A stretch of 51,060 nt of DNA from an uncultured Coriobacteriaceae bacterium (GCA_902797175.1 CADBRX010000087.1:1-51060), one strand, 5' to 3'; positions 25,504 to 36,583 are shown, counted from the first letter of the stretch. Translations and numbers: made by a program. The notes: a model not told the origin generated them from the letters alone.

Positions 25504-25557
25504 CAAAGGGGTGGGACCCCTAAGTGCTGTACAGCACTTAGGGGTCCCACCCCTTTG
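25504..25557. terminator. Symmetry centre of the whole window; inferred native 54-bp palindromic hairpin (27-nt arms) downstream of the histidine-kinase gene
   Basis: The sequence is caaaggggtgggacccctaagtgctgt|acagcacttaggggtcccacccctttg. It has the same 27-nt arm length, the same CAAAGGGGT start and the same GGGTGGGACCCC-type core as the autonomous palindrome at 21264-21317. Its native extent cannot be proven because the flanks are also mirrored. Confidence 0.6.
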
Positions 25558-25595
25558 TGCGGCGAGCGCCTTCTCGCCGCCGCAGACGGCAAAGG

Positions 25596-28500
25596 CTAGT
25601 CCTGGATGAGGCTCTCCAGGGTCTCGAAGAGCGAGTCGGGCTGCACGGGCTTGGTGAGGTGGGCGTTCAGACCCGCCTGGAGGCTCCTCTGCACGTCCTC
25701 GTCAAAGGCGTTTGCGGTCAGGGCGATGATGGGTATCGCCTTGGCGTCCGCACGCTCCATGGCGCGAATGGTCTGCGTCGCCTCGAGACCATCCATCTCG
25801 GGCATGCGCATGTCCATGAGCACGGCGTCGTAGTACCCCTCAGGATGCGACGAGAACTTCTCGACGGCGATCCTGCCGTTCTCGGCAAGGTCGACCTCCA
25901 TCTCGCGCATCTTGAGGACCATCATCATGATCTCGGCGTTGACCTGCATGTCCTCCGCAAGCAGAATCCTCCTGCCCGTCAGGTCCGCCTTGTGGACGCC
26001 CTTGCTTGCCGCCCCCTTGCGCTTCATGGCCGACTTGAACTCCTCGATGACCGTCTCGGCAAAGAGGGGCTTGGGGATGATGCTGTCCACGCCGGCCTCG
26101 AGCGCCTCCTCCAGGATGTCATCCCACTTGTAGGCCGTCAGGATCACGATGGCAGACTCGTTGCCGATGATGGAGCGGATCTGGCGCGTGGCCTCCACGC
26201 CGTCCATCTCGGGCATCTGCCAGTCGATCAAGATAAGGTTGTAGGGGTTGCGACGCGCGTGGCGCAGGCGCACCATTTCCACGGCCTTGGCCCCGCTCTC
26301 GGCAACCTCCGACGCGATGCCGGCCTTTCCCAGGACGAGCTTGGCATGCTCGCACGCCACGGGATCGTCGTCCACGATGAGCACCACCATGTCTTGCGGC
26401 TGGATTTCGGTGGGATCCACCTCGCCTTCGGCATGTTGGGCGTCAGAGAGCGTAACGGTTACATAGAACGTCGAGCCCTCCCCCTTCACGCTCTCCACCT
26501 TGATGGTGCCGTTCATCATCTCGACGATGATCTTGGTTATCGCCATTCCCAGGCCAGAGCTCCCGTACCTGTTTGTCGCAGAGGAGTCCTCTTGGGCAAA
26601 CGTGTCAAAGATGTGCGGCAGGAACTCCTCGCTCATGCCGATGCCCGTGTCGGAGATGGTGAAGCGCAGCGTCGACTGGCTCTCGAAGTGAGCGATGCGC
26701 TCGACGTCCATCGTGACGCTTCCGCCCTTGGGGGTGAACTTGACGGCGTTGCCGAGGATGTTGATGAGCACCTGGCGAAGCTTCATGTTGTCGCCGATGT
26801 AGTTTCGATCCACCTCGCCGATGATGTTGCACTGGTAGTTCAGCCCGCGGTCCTCACACTGGCCGCTGAACATGGTGTTGATGGCCTCGAGCAGCTGCGA
26901 GAACGAGAACTCCTCCTCCCGGAGCACCATCCGTCCGCTCTCGATGCGCGACATGTCGAGGATGTCGTTGATGAGGCCCAACAGGTGCTCTGCCGAAGCC
27001 CCGATCTTCTCGAGGAACTCCCTGGTCTTCTGGGGCGTGTCGGGGTCGTTGAGCGCGATGTTGTCGAGGCCGATGATGGCGTTCATGGGGGTGCGGATCT
27101 CGTGGCTCATGTTGGAGAGGAACGAGGTCTTTGCCTTGTTGGCACGCTCGGCAGCCTCGAGCGCGTCGCTCAGCACCTGGTTTTGCGCCAAGGCCTTGCG
27201 CGTCTCTGCGTCCACGTCCATGAGGGCCGCACCCACGGCGTGAACGGCGCCGTCCTCGTTGTCCTTCGTGTTCACGCCGGACATGCGGATCATCTCGTAG
27301 GAGTCGCGGCCATCGAGGTGCACCATATAGCGGTACGAGATCACCCTGTTCTCACCCAGGGCCTCCCTCACCGCCTCCGGTTGGATGAAGCGGATGAACT
27401 CGTCGTGGTACTGCTCTGTGATGTAGTTGTCCGCGTATGCGGTGAAGGCGTTCAGATAGCGGAAGGTCTCGCCAGCCGACAAGCCCTTCTCGGCACCAGC
27501 GCGGGCCTGGTAGCACACGCCACTGTCGCTATCCAGGTCAATGAAGTAGACGCTGCGGTAGTCCGAGGCGAGCGCCGTGATCATCTGGGTCTGCTGCTCG
27601 CGTCTGCGTTCCTGCTCGAGCAGCTGCTCCTGCAGGGCAAGCCTCTGCTCGAGCTCCTGGTTTCGCGCTCGGTTTTCCGCAGCGGCCGTCTCTTGCTCAA
27701 GAAGCAGCTGGGCGTTCTTGCGGCCCTGCGAGATGATGAAGGCAAACATCGAGACGAGGGCCGCAATCGTCAGAAGTGACTGGATGACGCTGCGTATGAT
27801 GATGTCATCGGAGATCGAGCCGATGCGCTCGCTGATGACGCTTTCGCGGATGAGGTACGTCAGCAGCCAGTTGGTGCCTTCGATGGGCGCAAAGCTCAAT
27901 GTCTCCTCGATGCCGTTATAGGTAAACGACACCTCGCCCCGCTGACCGTTTTCGAACGCCTCGATAAACGTATCGTACGAATAGCCATCGTCAAACTGTG
28001 CGTTCGTCATGGCAGAGAGGAGGTTGTCCTCTACGGCAAGGCCACCTAGGACCGTGTTGCTCAACGCGATGCCGGAGTTGGTGTAGATGTTGCAGAAGGT
28101 CGCCTCGTTTTCCAGCGACTCCATCGAAACGCCCCTGAGCATCTCGTTCATGTCTATCTCTATGAAGCATGCGAGCAGGTGGGTCTCCTCGACCGTAAGG
28201 TCTGCTGGCATGGCAATGACGACCTTCTTGTCGGGGGTCTCCAGGTTGAGGATGGAAATCTCCGGTCCGCTAATCGTCTTTGGGTTAAAGCGGTACATGC
28301 CGATGTCGTCCTGCGTGCCCTGCGACGTGTAGATGACGCCCTCATCGTCGACAAAGGCAAACTTGTCAAGGTGGTAGATGGTCTTCAGGCGCCCCTGGTA
28401 TTGCCTAAAGTGCTCGAAGTCGCTCAGGTCCTCATCTGACATGAGTCCGATTGCCACGGACATGTCATTGATGTATTCCTGCAGGTTGGCAGCGACGACC

Positions 28501-28682
28501 TGTTCCCTGCGGCCCGCCAGCTCGTCAAGGTACAGCAAGCTGACCGCACGTGCCGCCTTCTTGGTGTCCCGTGCGGCGCTTTGTCCCATCCAAACGGTGC
28601 CAAGCACGACGATGATTGCAACAATGATGCTGCCGACAAGGGCTATGCGTGTTGTGTTGGCCTTCTTTTCACCCATGTACAT
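25596..28682 (-). CDS. Hybrid sensor histidine kinase with two receiver domains (mirror copy)
   Basis: Exact reverse-complement twin of 22379..25465 with an identical 1028-aa protein. Probably not an independent locus. Confidence 0.85.
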   Translation of the reverse strand: MYMGEKKANTTRIALVGSIIVAIIVVLGTVWMGQSAARDTKKAARAVSLLYLDELAGRREQVVAANLQEYINDMSVAIGLMSDEDLSDFEHFRQYQGRLKTIYHLDKFAFVDDEGVIYTSQGTQDDIGMYRFNPKTISGPEISILNLETPDKKVVIAMPADLTVEETHLLACFIEIDMNEMLRGVSMESLENEATFCNIYTNSGIALSNTVLGGLAVEDNLLSAMTNAQFDDGYSYDTFIEAFENGQRGEVSFTYNGIEETLSFAPIEGTNWLLTYLIRESVISERIGSISDDIIIRSVIQSLLTIAALVSMFAFIISQGRKNAQLLLEQETAAAENRARNQELEQRLALQEQLLEQERRREQQTQMITALASDYRSVYFIDLDSDSGVCYQARAGAEKGLSAGETFRYLNAFTAYADNYITEQYHDEFIRFIQPEAVREALGENRVISYRYMVHLDGRDSYEMIRMSGVNTKDNEDGAVHAVGAALMDVDAETRKALAQNQVLSDALEAAERANKAKTSFLSNMSHEIRTPMNAIIGLDNIALNDPDTPQKTREFLEKIGASAEHLLGLINDILDMSRIESGRMVLREEEFSFSQLLEAINTMFSGQCEDRGLNYQCNIIGEVDRNYIGDNMKLRQVLINILGNAVKFTPKGGSVTMDVERIAHFESQSTLRFTISDTGIGMSEEFLPHIFDTFAQEDSSATNRYGSSGLGMAITKIIVEMMNGTIKVESVKGEGSTFYVTVTLSDAQHAEGEVDPTEIQPQDMVVLIVDDDPVACEHAKLVLGKAGIASEVAESGAKAVEMVRLRHARRNPYNLILIDWQMPEMDGVEATRQIRSIIGNESAIVILTAYKWDDILEEALEAGVDSIIPKPLFAETVIEEFKSAMKRKGAASKGVHKADLTGRRILLAEDMQVNAEIMMMVLKMREMEVDLAENGRIAVEKFSSHPEGYYDAVLMDMRMPEMDGLEATQTIRAMERADAKAIPIIALTANAFDEDVQRSLQAGLNAHLTKPVQPDSLFETLESLIQD

Positions 28683-28820
28683 TCACCCTCCCACATCACT
28701 AGTCAATCGTAGCAGCCATGTGTTGCAAGAGAGGCAACGCTTAGGTGAAAAGCCGCAGATGGACTAACCTCTGTGCTACGCTGTCAGCTCTCAGACAACG
28801 TCGGCCAGAGGAGACCAGCT

Positions 28821-29738
28821 ATGGTGGCACACAGCCTGGAGCGCCGCATCAACGCAATCATGAATGGCTATGGTGACGAGGCGGCCTTCTTCGAGAGACA
28901 CAAGAGCATCTTTCCGCGGCGCAGCGCAATCTACCGCTTGGTGGAGGAGATACGCGCCCTCATGTTTCCCGGGTACTTTGACGATGACTCCCCTGCAGGC
29001 GAGAGCAGCTCCACGCTGGTGGGCGAGCGCCTCATGCGCATCGAGCGCATCTTGGGCGAGCAGGTGCGTCGAGCCCTCCTCTACGCCGATCACAACCTCG
29101 CAGAAGAGGAGGCGTGCGAGCGAGCCGCCGTCATTGCCGAGGAGTTCTGCGACGAGCTTCCCCGGCTCCAGCAGCTGCTGCTGAAGGATGCCGAGGCGGC
29201 ATTTGAGGGAGACCCCGCGGCCCAGAGTCGCGAGGAGGTCATCCTGTGCTACCCCGGCATGCACGCCATCCTGGTGCATCGCATTGCGCACGAGCTGTAT
29301 GTGCGCAACGTCCCCCTTATTCCACGCCTCATGAGCGAGCAGGCGCACAGCGCCACGGGCATCGACATCCATCCGGGCGCCACGATCGGCGAATACTTCT
29401 TCATCGATCACGGAACGGGCGTGGTCATTGGCGAGACGACCGAGATCGGAACGCACGGAAAGATCTACCAGGGCGTCACGCTGGGCGCGGCCTCAACGCG
29501 CAAGGGCCAGGCGCTCTCTGGCGTCAAGCGCCACCCCACCCTGGGCGACTACGTCACGGTCTACTCAAACGCGAGCGTCTTGGGAGGCGACACCGTCATC
29601 GGATCTGGGTCGGTCATTGGCGGCAGCGCCTTTGTGGTCGAGTCGGTGCCCGAAAACGCGCGCGTGGGCGTCAAGGACCAAGAGGTGGTCGTTCGCCGCG
29701 TGGGCGAGCCAGAGCCCGTCTGGTGCTACGAGATCTGA
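28821..29738 (+). CDS. cysE: Serine O-acetyltransferase (mirror copy)
   Basis: Exact twin of 21323..22240. Confidence 0.85.
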   Translation: MVAHSLERRINAIMNGYGDEAAFFERHKSIFPRRSAIYRLVEEIRALMFPGYFDDDSPAGESSSTLVGERLMRIERILGEQVRRALLYADHNLAEEEACERAAVIAEEFCDELPRLQQLLLKDAEAAFEGDPAAQSREEVILCYPGMHAILVHRIAHELYVRNVPLIPRLMSEQAHSATGIDIHPGATIGEYFFIDHGTGVVIGETTEIGTHGKIYQGVTLGAASTRKGQALSGVKRHPTLGDYVTVYSNASVLGGDTVIGSGSVIGGSAFVVESVPENARVGVKDQEVVVRRVGEPEPVWCYEI

Positions 29739-29743
29739 CCACA

Positions 29744-29797
29744 CAAAGGGGTCCCACCCTTTCGTGCGGTACCGCACGAAAGGGTGGGACCCCTTTG
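29744..29797. terminator. 54-bp perfect palindrome (mirror copy)
   Basis: Exact twin of 21264..21317. Confidence 0.6.
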
Positions 29798-29819
29798 CGC
29801 CATGCGAACACGGTTTGCC

Positions 29820-32036
29820 TTACCACTTGCGATGCGGCCGTGGATTGACCAGCTTGTCGATGCAGAGCGCCAGCTCGCCCAGATACATCAGCTCGCGTGG
29901 GTCTCCCACCCACCTCAGCTCCGGCACGTACGCCATCGGCACGGTGCGCCAGATCCATTCGCGCAGCTCGTCCATGTCGCGCACCAGCGGTGACGACACA
30001 TAGATGGCATCGGGCGAGACCGTGCAGATGCTCGCGGTCAGGTAGTTTGCCACAAGCTCGGTCATGCCCTCGTACGTCCAGACCATCTCGTACGGATCGC
30101 CCGAGAATCCCATCAGCCAGGCGACGGGCTCGAGCTCGCCCGCGTAGTTGAGGCGGCCCTTGACCAGGTGGCCATCGGCCACGACGCCCTCGCTGCACGG
30201 AATCTTGCCTGTCTGCTGGATGTGGAACACCACCGAGTCAAAGTCCGTCTGGCTCATGTAGCAACCCATGGCCGCCGCGTTTGCGTCGTTGTCCATGTAG
30301 ACCTCGATGCCATAGCGGCGTTCCAGCTCGCGCCCCAGGTCGTAGTCGCGGATGTCTGACGCCGGCATCGAAACCGACTCGCGGTTGATGATGCCCGGCA
30401 TGGCGATGCCCACCGCGTCAAGCTCGCGGACGTTGACTCCATCCACCTTGACGGTAGCCAGCACATCCTCGATGTCGCGGAAGTTCACGTGCTTCTTGTA
30501 TACCGTGCCATCGGCGACAATGCCCTTGTTGGCAAACACGCGGTAGCCGATGACGGAGGTGTCCTCTCGGTGGGTGACCGAGACGACCATGACGTCCTTG
30601 GTGTCGTCGATGGGCCGCTGGATCATGAGCTCCTTGCCGGCCGGCGCCTGCTCCACGCCTTCGCCCAGCGCGTCAAGCAGGAGGTGCAGGGTCGCCTCGA
30701 CGTCAAAGCGCGAGAAGATCTCGCCCGGGATCTCCATGACGAGCGCATTGGGATAGGCGTCCTGCGCATCTTTGCGCCGGTACCCCAGCTGAGGTGCGAC
30801 CATGACCACGTCGTAATGGTTCCTGCGCTTGATGGCCAAGTCGAGCGGCGTCGCCGTGAACTCGTAGTGCAGCGAGAGGGACTCCGCGAGCGCGTTGAGC
30901 TTGCGCTCGTACATGGTGGTGGTGATGCCCGCGGTGCAGCACAGCAGCACGTGCAGCGACCCGCGGTTGTCGGTGCGTTCCAGCACCTCGGTCATCTCGA
31001 GGAAGAGCTCCTTGGAACGGAGCTCGTCGTTGAGCTCGAAGCGCACGTGGAACATGGGAGCGCCGTCGTTCTTGCGCACGATCATCAGCTCCACGACCTC
31101 GGGCTGGCCATCGGGCTGCGGATAGAACGTGATCTTGCCAAACATCGTGGCCGTGGCAAGGCCGATGTGCTCGTTGTCCTTCCAGGTGATGGTGCAGCCC
31201 TCGATGCGCCGCGAAAGGACCCACTCGCGGTAGAGCCTGCCGGCCTCGCCCACGCCAATCCAGGACTCCTGGCAATAGGGCATGTGGCGATGCACCTTAC
31301 CGTCGGGAAGCTCGCCCAAAGGAACGATCTGGTTGTAGAGCACGCAGTGATGATGGTCGCGGACCATGATGTCGTCGTGGTAGTGGCCGGCATACCACAT
31401 CTTGAGGCGATCTCGGTCCAGCTTCTCGTCGACCTGCTGCAGGAAGGCGGAGATCGCGTCATCCTGCTCGCGGCTCTCGTCGTAGTGGCGCGCCATGGCA
31501 AAGCGGCGGAGCTTTCGGGGCACGTCGTGGCTGAACACGTAGTCGACGCTGAAGTCGACCTTCTCGAGGTTCTCCCAGCCCTCATCAAGCTCTGCCTGGC
31601 TTGGGATCTCGCGTGGCCACCACGTCTCGCCCGCCCTGCGGCTCGCGATGTCATGCGATGGCGCGCCGCCCATGCAGAACCAGCGTCCGTAGCTGCCCAT
31701 CTCGTACACCTGGCCACGAAGGAGGTGGATGACGTGGCGCGCGCCGGGAAGGCGGGCCACCTTGCCCCCATGCCACTTGGTGGTCGGGAAGCTGTCGAGC
31801 AGGTCGTAGTTCTCGTGGTTGCCGTCAACAAAGAGCGTGGTCCACGGCCGGCTCTCGAGCCAGTCGATGAAGAACTTCTCCTCCAGGGTGATCGGGTTGT
31901 TCCAGACCAGGCCAAAGTCCCCGCAGATGACCACGAAGTCACTGCGCTTGAGCTTTGTCCCCTCCGGCCACCGATCGGGCGTGAGCTTGCCTATGTCAAG
32001 CCACCCGTGGATGTCACCCGTGACGAAGACGGCCAT
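29820..32036 (-). CDS. Metallophosphoesterase + unassigned + EIIB-like + ROK-like four-domain protein (mirror copy)
   Basis: Exact twin of 19025..21241. Confidence 0.65.
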   Translation of the reverse strand: MAVFVTGDIHGWLDIGKLTPDRWPEGTKLKRSDFVVICGDFGLVWNNPITLEEKFFIDWLESRPWTTLFVDGNHENYDLLDSFPTTKWHGGKVARLPGARHVIHLLRGQVYEMGSYGRWFCMGGAPSHDIASRRAGETWWPREIPSQAELDEGWENLEKVDFSVDYVFSHDVPRKLRRFAMARHYDESREQDDAISAFLQQVDEKLDRDRLKMWYAGHYHDDIMVRDHHHCVLYNQIVPLGELPDGKVHRHMPYCQESWIGVGEAGRLYREWVLSRRIEGCTITWKDNEHIGLATATMFGKITFYPQPDGQPEVVELMIVRKNDGAPMFHVRFELNDELRSKELFLEMTEVLERTDNRGSLHVLLCCTAGITTTMYERKLNALAESLSLHYEFTATPLDLAIKRRNHYDVVMVAPQLGYRRKDAQDAYPNALVMEIPGEIFSRFDVEATLHLLLDALGEGVEQAPAGKELMIQRPIDDTKDVMVVSVTHREDTSVIGYRVFANKGIVADGTVYKKHVNFRDIEDVLATVKVDGVNVRELDAVGIAMPGIINRESVSMPASDIRDYDLGRELERRYGIEVYMDNDANAAAMGCYMSQTDFDSVVFHIQQTGKIPCSEGVVADGHLVKGRLNYAGELEPVAWLMGFSGDPYEMVWTYEGMTELVANYLTASICTVSPDAIYVSSPLVRDMDELREWIWRTVPMAYVPELRWVGDPRELMYLGELALCIDKLVNPRPHRKW

Positions 32037-32160
32037 GGTCCACACCTCTCGACAAGAAAATACAGTCAGTCATAAGACAAGGTATCAGCACGTCTTTGGT
32101 ATGGTCAATCATGCTATCTGCGAGGGGTATCGTTTCATTGGGTCACATGCAGCGCGTGTC

Positions 32161-32556
32161 TCACTGAACCCCAAGCAGCTCCTCCACAAGAGACACGCCC
32201 TCGAACACCATGCGATCACAATGGACGTGACGGTCCTGGCCCGCCTCGGCGCAGCGGCGTAGCAGCTCGGCGCACGTTATCACGCCGCCGTGGTTTTCCT
32301 TCATCGTGCGCACGAGGCCGGATGTCGTCTTGGGGTCTGCCAGCCCCTCGACGCCCAGGGCCATGAGGGCTCCCACGCAGGCACCGCAGACGCTGCCCGA
32401 ATGCATGCCGCGACCAAATGCCTGCGCCACGGCATAGGCCTGTTCGCCTCCCATGTCGCTGCGCTCGGCAAAGGGCACGAGAACGGCTTGGGCGCAGTTG
32501 TAGTGGGGGCTCGCAATCTTTCTGAGCTCCTTGGCGCGGTCGAGATAGACACCCAT
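32161..32556 (-). CDS. C_GCAxxG_C_C family protein (mirror copy)
   Basis: Exact twin of 18505..18900. Confidence 0.75.
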   Translation of the reverse strand: MGVYLDRAKELRKIASPHYNCAQAVLVPFAERSDMGGEQAYAVAQAFGRGMHSGSVCGACVGALMALGVEGLADPKTTSGLVRTMKENHGGVITCAELLRRCAEAGQDRHVHCDRMVFEGVSLVEELLGVQ

Positions 32557-32667
32557 GTGACTCCCCCTCATCTCCGTTGGGCAGCATTGTCATGAAAAGG
32601 GTACGACAACTTGCGTCACAATGGACGGTGGATGCAGCGTTTGGCAAGCGGCGAGGGGGCATCAACT

Positions 32668-33288
32668 ATGGGCGACATCATGGTCATAGGCATCGCGGGA
32701 GGAACCGGCAGCGGAAAGACCACCATAACGGGCCAGATTTCTGAGCGGCTGGGAGACGAGGTCACCGTCATCACCCATGACAACTACTATCGCGCGCATC
32801 ACGAGATGACCTACGAGGAACGGACGCTGCTCAACTACGACCATCCCGACGCCTATGAGACGGAACTTCTGGTCGAGCACCTGGCCGCCCTGCGCCGCGG
32901 CGAGTCGGTTGAGGTCCCGGTGTATGACTTCACGACCTACGACCGCACCGACCGCACCACCACGGTGAAGCCGTCGCGCGCCATCATCGTGGAGGGCATC
33001 GTCATCTTTGCGCATCCCGAGCTGCGTGACCTCATGGACGTGAAGGTCTTTGTCGACGCCGATGCCGACGTCCGCATCCTTCGGCGCATCCTGCGCGACG
33101 TGCAGGAGCGTGGCCGCAGCCTGGAAAGCGTCATCAACCAGTACCTGACGACGGTAAAGCCCATGCACGAGGCCTTCGTCGAGCCCTCAAAGCGCTATGC
33201 GGACATCATCATTCCCACGGGAGGGCAGAACCTCGTGGCGCTCGACATGCTCGTAAACCGCATCCAGGCTCATCTGGACGGTGAGTAA
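32668..33288 (+). CDS. udk: Uridine kinase (mirror copy)
   Basis: Exact twin of 17773..18393. Confidence 0.88.
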   Translation: MGDIMVIGIAGGTGSGKTTITGQISERLGDEVTVITHDNYYRAHHEMTYEERTLLNYDHPDAYETELLVEHLAALRRGESVEVPVYDFTTYDRTDRTTTVKPSRAIIVEGIVIFAHPELRDLMDVKVFVDADADVRILRRILRDVQERGRSLESVINQYLTTVKPMHEAFVEPSKRYADIIIPTGGQNLVALDMLVNRIQAHLDGE

Positions 33289-33297
33289 CGGGACGCC

Positions 33298-35514
33298 CTA
33301 GCGCCTCGATACGCCACCCTTGAGTTCCTCCTTGCGCTGATACATGAGCGCATCCGCGCGCTCGAAGACCTCATGCAGGCGCGCATCGCTGCCAGCTGCG
33401 TACTCCGCGATGCCCGCGGCGACAACCGGGCTGCCCGTCCCCCTGTTAGCTTGTGACTGGGCTTGCAGCTCGGCCATTATCTGCTGTCGACGCTCGTAGT
33501 CAGATCCCTGCAGCAGCACGACGAACTCGTCGCCACCGATGCGGAAGACCGGGCTGTGCTTGAAGAGCTGGCAGATCATGCTGCACGCCTGGCGGATGTA
33601 GTCGTCCCCCGCCTTATGGCCCAGCGTGTCGTTCACCTGCTTGAGGTCGTTGACGTCGCACACCACGACGGCCAGGTCGCCAAGGTCTCCGCCTAAGATC
33701 TGCTCGTTGAGCTCCGCCTCCCTGGTGACGTAGGCATGCTTGCTCTTCACGCCGGTCAGCGGGTCGCGGTTTGCTATCTGCTGCGCCTCGACCTCGCGAC
33801 GCTGCATGATGGCAAAGTTGCTGAGCATGATTCCCAACGAAAACGTGAACGACCCCGCCATCACCGCGATGCCCCGGGCTATGGAGCTGTTGAGCGTCTC
33901 CATGGTCTGGCGCAGGTACTCCTCGTCCGCGTCGGCCAGCACGGCGCCAGACTCGTTGCCAAAGTACTCGTGCACGCTCTCCATGGCCTTGCCGGTCGCG
34001 TCACCCGTCGTTTGTCCCATCCACGCGAGCGAGGCAAAGAGGACGAGCGCAAGGAGCACCACCCAGCTGATGATGGACTTTCCAAACCTGCGCTCCTCGT
34101 CGTGCAAGAGCAGGTGGCGGAAGAAGAGGAAGCCCAGAATGGCCCACACGGTAAACAGAAAGTACGACTCCGTTGCCATGCTCCCTTCCGAGAGGAGGCT
34201 CGGCAGCATGAGGTACGCGCCGATCAGCGCCATGAGCGCGGTACCGACGGCGCCGGATATGCTTTCGCGCGCATCACGCCTGAGACGTCCTTCGCGCAGC
34301 GCGCAAACCGAGACAAAGCCGTAGACAAACGTCGCGCCAAGCGTCGTCACGTCAACGATCCAGCCGATGGCCGTCCTGCCCAGCAAGGGGACAAAGACCG
34401 AAACGGCAACGATGAGCTGGATCGCCCTCGCAGGAATCGCCCGCCCATTCAGCTCGTCAAGGCCCAACGAGACGACATGGTCCTTTGCCAGGGCATACAG
34501 CAATCTGCTCAGCGCAACCATGTTGCCCACGAGGCTCGACAGTATGAGCGCGAGAAGCGCGAACATGAGGATGCCGACACCGGCCCCACCAAGGTAGTAG
34601 CGCGCCGCAAAGAAGGCAGGAATGCCCTCGATGCCCTGGGCAGAGCCGTGGGCCTGAATGTACTCGTACCAGCTGCCGTACTGCGTAGGATACGCCGTGA
34701 CGGAAAGGAGCGTGACAAACACGTAGAGCGCCGTGGTGGACACGAGCGCCACCACCAAGACCCTGAATGACCGGTCGGCGGAAAAGGAGAACTCGCCCGA
34801 CAGGTGCGAGATGCTCTCGAAGCCGATGAAGGCCCACGACGACATGCACGCCACGTGCATCACCTGGGAGATGGCGTCCGACCCGGGAACAAACCCAGGT
34901 TCAAAGCTAAACTGCGCAGCGTCGCGTCCGAACAGGCTGCCCGCAAAGCAGATCGTTATCCCCACCGAAAAGATGAGCGCCATGACGACCATGGCAAACG
35001 AAAGGCCCCTCTTCCTCGACTGGCAGAAGTAGCCGGCAAGCAGGATGGCGCCGACCGAAAGAAGCACCTCACCCAGATAGACGTCGTAGCCAAACAGCTG
35101 GTAGAGCTTGCCGACACGGAAGAGGTCGCCTACAAAGAAGCGGGCAAAGAGCGGCAGCGAGGTGGCGTTTGCCCACAGAATGGCGGCGTAGGTGAGGCAC
35201 AGAAACCATGCGACGAGCACGCCGTGGTCAAAGCCAAAGACGTCGCGCGCATAGGCGTACACGCCTCCGGGTCCCGCATGCAGGCTCATCAGGTAGTGAT
35301 AGTTGTGGGCGATCACCAGCATGATCGCAAGGCCGACCAACATGCCAAGCACGCTGCCCATGGGTCCGGCCTCTGCAAGATAGGTGCTTCCCGTGATGAC
35401 AAGCGAACCCCAGCCGATGCTGGTTCCGATCGAGAAAGCCCAGGCAGCCATCGGTGAAAGGTAGGATTGCAGAGCCCCCTTCCCTTTCCCTTGATGAGTC
35501 GCTTTGTCAGCCAT
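33298..35514 (-). CDS. APC-permease-like / GGDEF fusion (mirror copy)
   Basis: Exact twin of 15547..17763. Confidence 0.8.
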   Translation of the reverse strand: MADKATHQGKGKGALQSYLSPMAAWAFSIGTSIGWGSLVITGSTYLAEAGPMGSVLGMLVGLAIMLVIAHNYHYLMSLHAGPGGVYAYARDVFGFDHGVLVAWFLCLTYAAILWANATSLPLFARFFVGDLFRVGKLYQLFGYDVYLGEVLLSVGAILLAGYFCQSRKRGLSFAMVVMALIFSVGITICFAGSLFGRDAAQFSFEPGFVPGSDAISQVMHVACMSSWAFIGFESISHLSGEFSFSADRSFRVLVVALVSTTALYVFVTLLSVTAYPTQYGSWYEYIQAHGSAQGIEGIPAFFAARYYLGGAGVGILMFALLALILSSLVGNMVALSRLLYALAKDHVVSLGLDELNGRAIPARAIQLIVAVSVFVPLLGRTAIGWIVDVTTLGATFVYGFVSVCALREGRLRRDARESISGAVGTALMALIGAYLMLPSLLSEGSMATESYFLFTVWAILGFLFFRHLLLHDEERRFGKSIISWVVLLALVLFASLAWMGQTTGDATGKAMESVHEYFGNESGAVLADADEEYLRQTMETLNSSIARGIAVMAGSFTFSLGIMLSNFAIMQRREVEAQQIANRDPLTGVKSKHAYVTREAELNEQILGGDLGDLAVVVCDVNDLKQVNDTLGHKAGDDYIRQACSMICQLFKHSPVFRIGGDEFVVLLQGSDYERRQQIMAELQAQSQANRGTGSPVVAAGIAEYAAGSDARLHEVFERADALMYQRKEELKGGVSRR

Positions 35515-35542
35515 GCCGCTTGACCCCCACAACGCTCGTCGA

Positions 35543-35571
35543 CCTTCACCAAGATAGTATCTAAGTGAAGG
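35543..35571. repeat. 29-bp imperfect palindrome (mirror copy)
   Basis: Exact twin of 15490..15518. Confidence 0.45.
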
Positions 35572-35610
35572 AACTTATGCGCATATCAGTCGGCCGACGA
35601 ACCAGTCGCT

Positions 35611-36186
35611 TCAGCTCTTTGGCCCGTGAATCATACGAAGCTTGTGGTGGGCACGACAGACGCTGGTGTAGCTGTCGTTTCCGCCCAGCTGCACCTGGCT
35701 TCCCTCGGTGACCATGACGCCCTTCTCGTCAAAGCGCGCGACGCACGTTGCCGCCTTGCCGCACCAGCACACGGTTTTGATCTCCTCTATGACATCTGCC
35801 CAGGCAAGCAGCCAGAGCGATCCCTCGAAGAGGTTCCGCTGGAAGTCGGTGCGCAGTCCATACGCAATGACGGGGACGCCGTACACATCGACGATGTCGG
35901 TCAGAAAGGCCACCTGCTCCTTGGTGCAGAACTGCGCCTCGTCAATGATCACGCAGTCATAGGAGCTGATTTCCTGCTGGCTCATCTGCATGAGGCGCTC
36001 GACTGAGATGCACGGGCGTGAGAGGCCGATGCGCGACGCCATGACCCCGTCGCCATCACGGTTGTCCAGCGCCGGCTTGGCCAGAAGGGCCCTCTGGCCC
36101 TTCTCCTGGTAGTTGTAGGCGACCATCAGCGCATTGGCAGTCTTTGAGCTGCCCATCGAGCCGTAGCGGAAGTAGAGCTTTGCCAT
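35611..36186 (-). CDS. tdk: Thymidine kinase (mirror copy)
   Basis: Exact twin of 14875..15450. Confidence 0.88.
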   Translation of the reverse strand: MAKLYFRYGSMGSSKTANALMVAYNYQEKGQRALLAKPALDNRDGDGVMASRIGLSRPCISVERLMQMSQQEISSYDCVIIDEAQFCTKEQVAFLTDIVDVYGVPVIAYGLRTDFQRNLFEGSLWLLAWADVIEEIKTVCWCGKAATCVARFDEKGVMVTEGSQVQLGGNDSYTSVCRAHHKLRMIHGPKS

Positions 36187-36205
36187 GGCGAACCCCCTTG
36201 GGACG

Positions 36206-36481
36206 TTAGCGGTTGTCCTCGTCAGACTCCATGAACGTCTTGTACGTCATGCGGCCAAAGACGAATGCCACCCAGGCACACACAAGTCCGCGAATGGCGG
36301 TCAGGGCCACATAGGCGGTCTGGCCAACCTGCTCGATGAGCAGGGCGTTGCCGCCTCCCAGCAGCTCGCGCGCCGCGTCAACCGCATAGACGGCGCACAT
36401 GACGGCGCAGAACCCGTTGAGGATGATGCGAGCCTGCTTGCTTTGCATGAAGGAGTTCCACCCATTGTCATTGCCAGCCAT
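36206..36481 (-). CDS. Small hypothetical membrane protein (mirror copy)
   Basis: Exact twin of 14580..14855. Confidence 0.45.
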   Translation of the reverse strand: MAGNDNGWNSFMQSKQARIILNGFCAVMCAVYAVDAARELLGGGNALLIEQVGQTAYVALTAIRGLVCAWVAFVFGRMTYKTFMESDEDNR

Positions 36482-36583
36482 GCTGACCTCCCCCGCCTTG
36501 AAATCCTTGTCGCGCAACCCCGTTGAGCAACCAAGTCATGTTAGCATGACAAACGACAACTGAAACCAGCTGAAAGGATGACC

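Larger units (their letters stand above)
1..25530. repeat. Left arm of a window-spanning perfect inverted repeat (palindrome); holds all the unique sequence information
   Basis: Bases 1-60 are the exact reverse complement of 51001-51060, and 7381-7440 of 43621-43680. The centre reads taagtgctgt|acagcactta. Every six-frame ORF has a twin with identical protein sequence whose coordinates sum to 51061. Confidence 0.97.

Noticed and set aside
23282-25504. 740-aa ORF antisense to the histidine kinase (twin at 25557..27779)
   Set aside because: This is a shadow ORF typical of GC-rich DNA. It is entirely antisense to a motif-rich kinase gene. Its translation is a low-complexity R/G/H/L/V/D-rich sequence with no recognisable motifs, and it has no convincing ribosome-binding site.
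25466-25595. Hairpin-telomere or replicated telomere junction of a linear plasmid or phage (protelomerase substrate)
   Set aside because: The window has no protelomerase/resolvase, replication, partition, phage structural or plasmid genes. The content is ordinary chromosomal metabolism, and the central element belongs to a hairpin family that also occurs internally at 21264-21317 and 990-1072.
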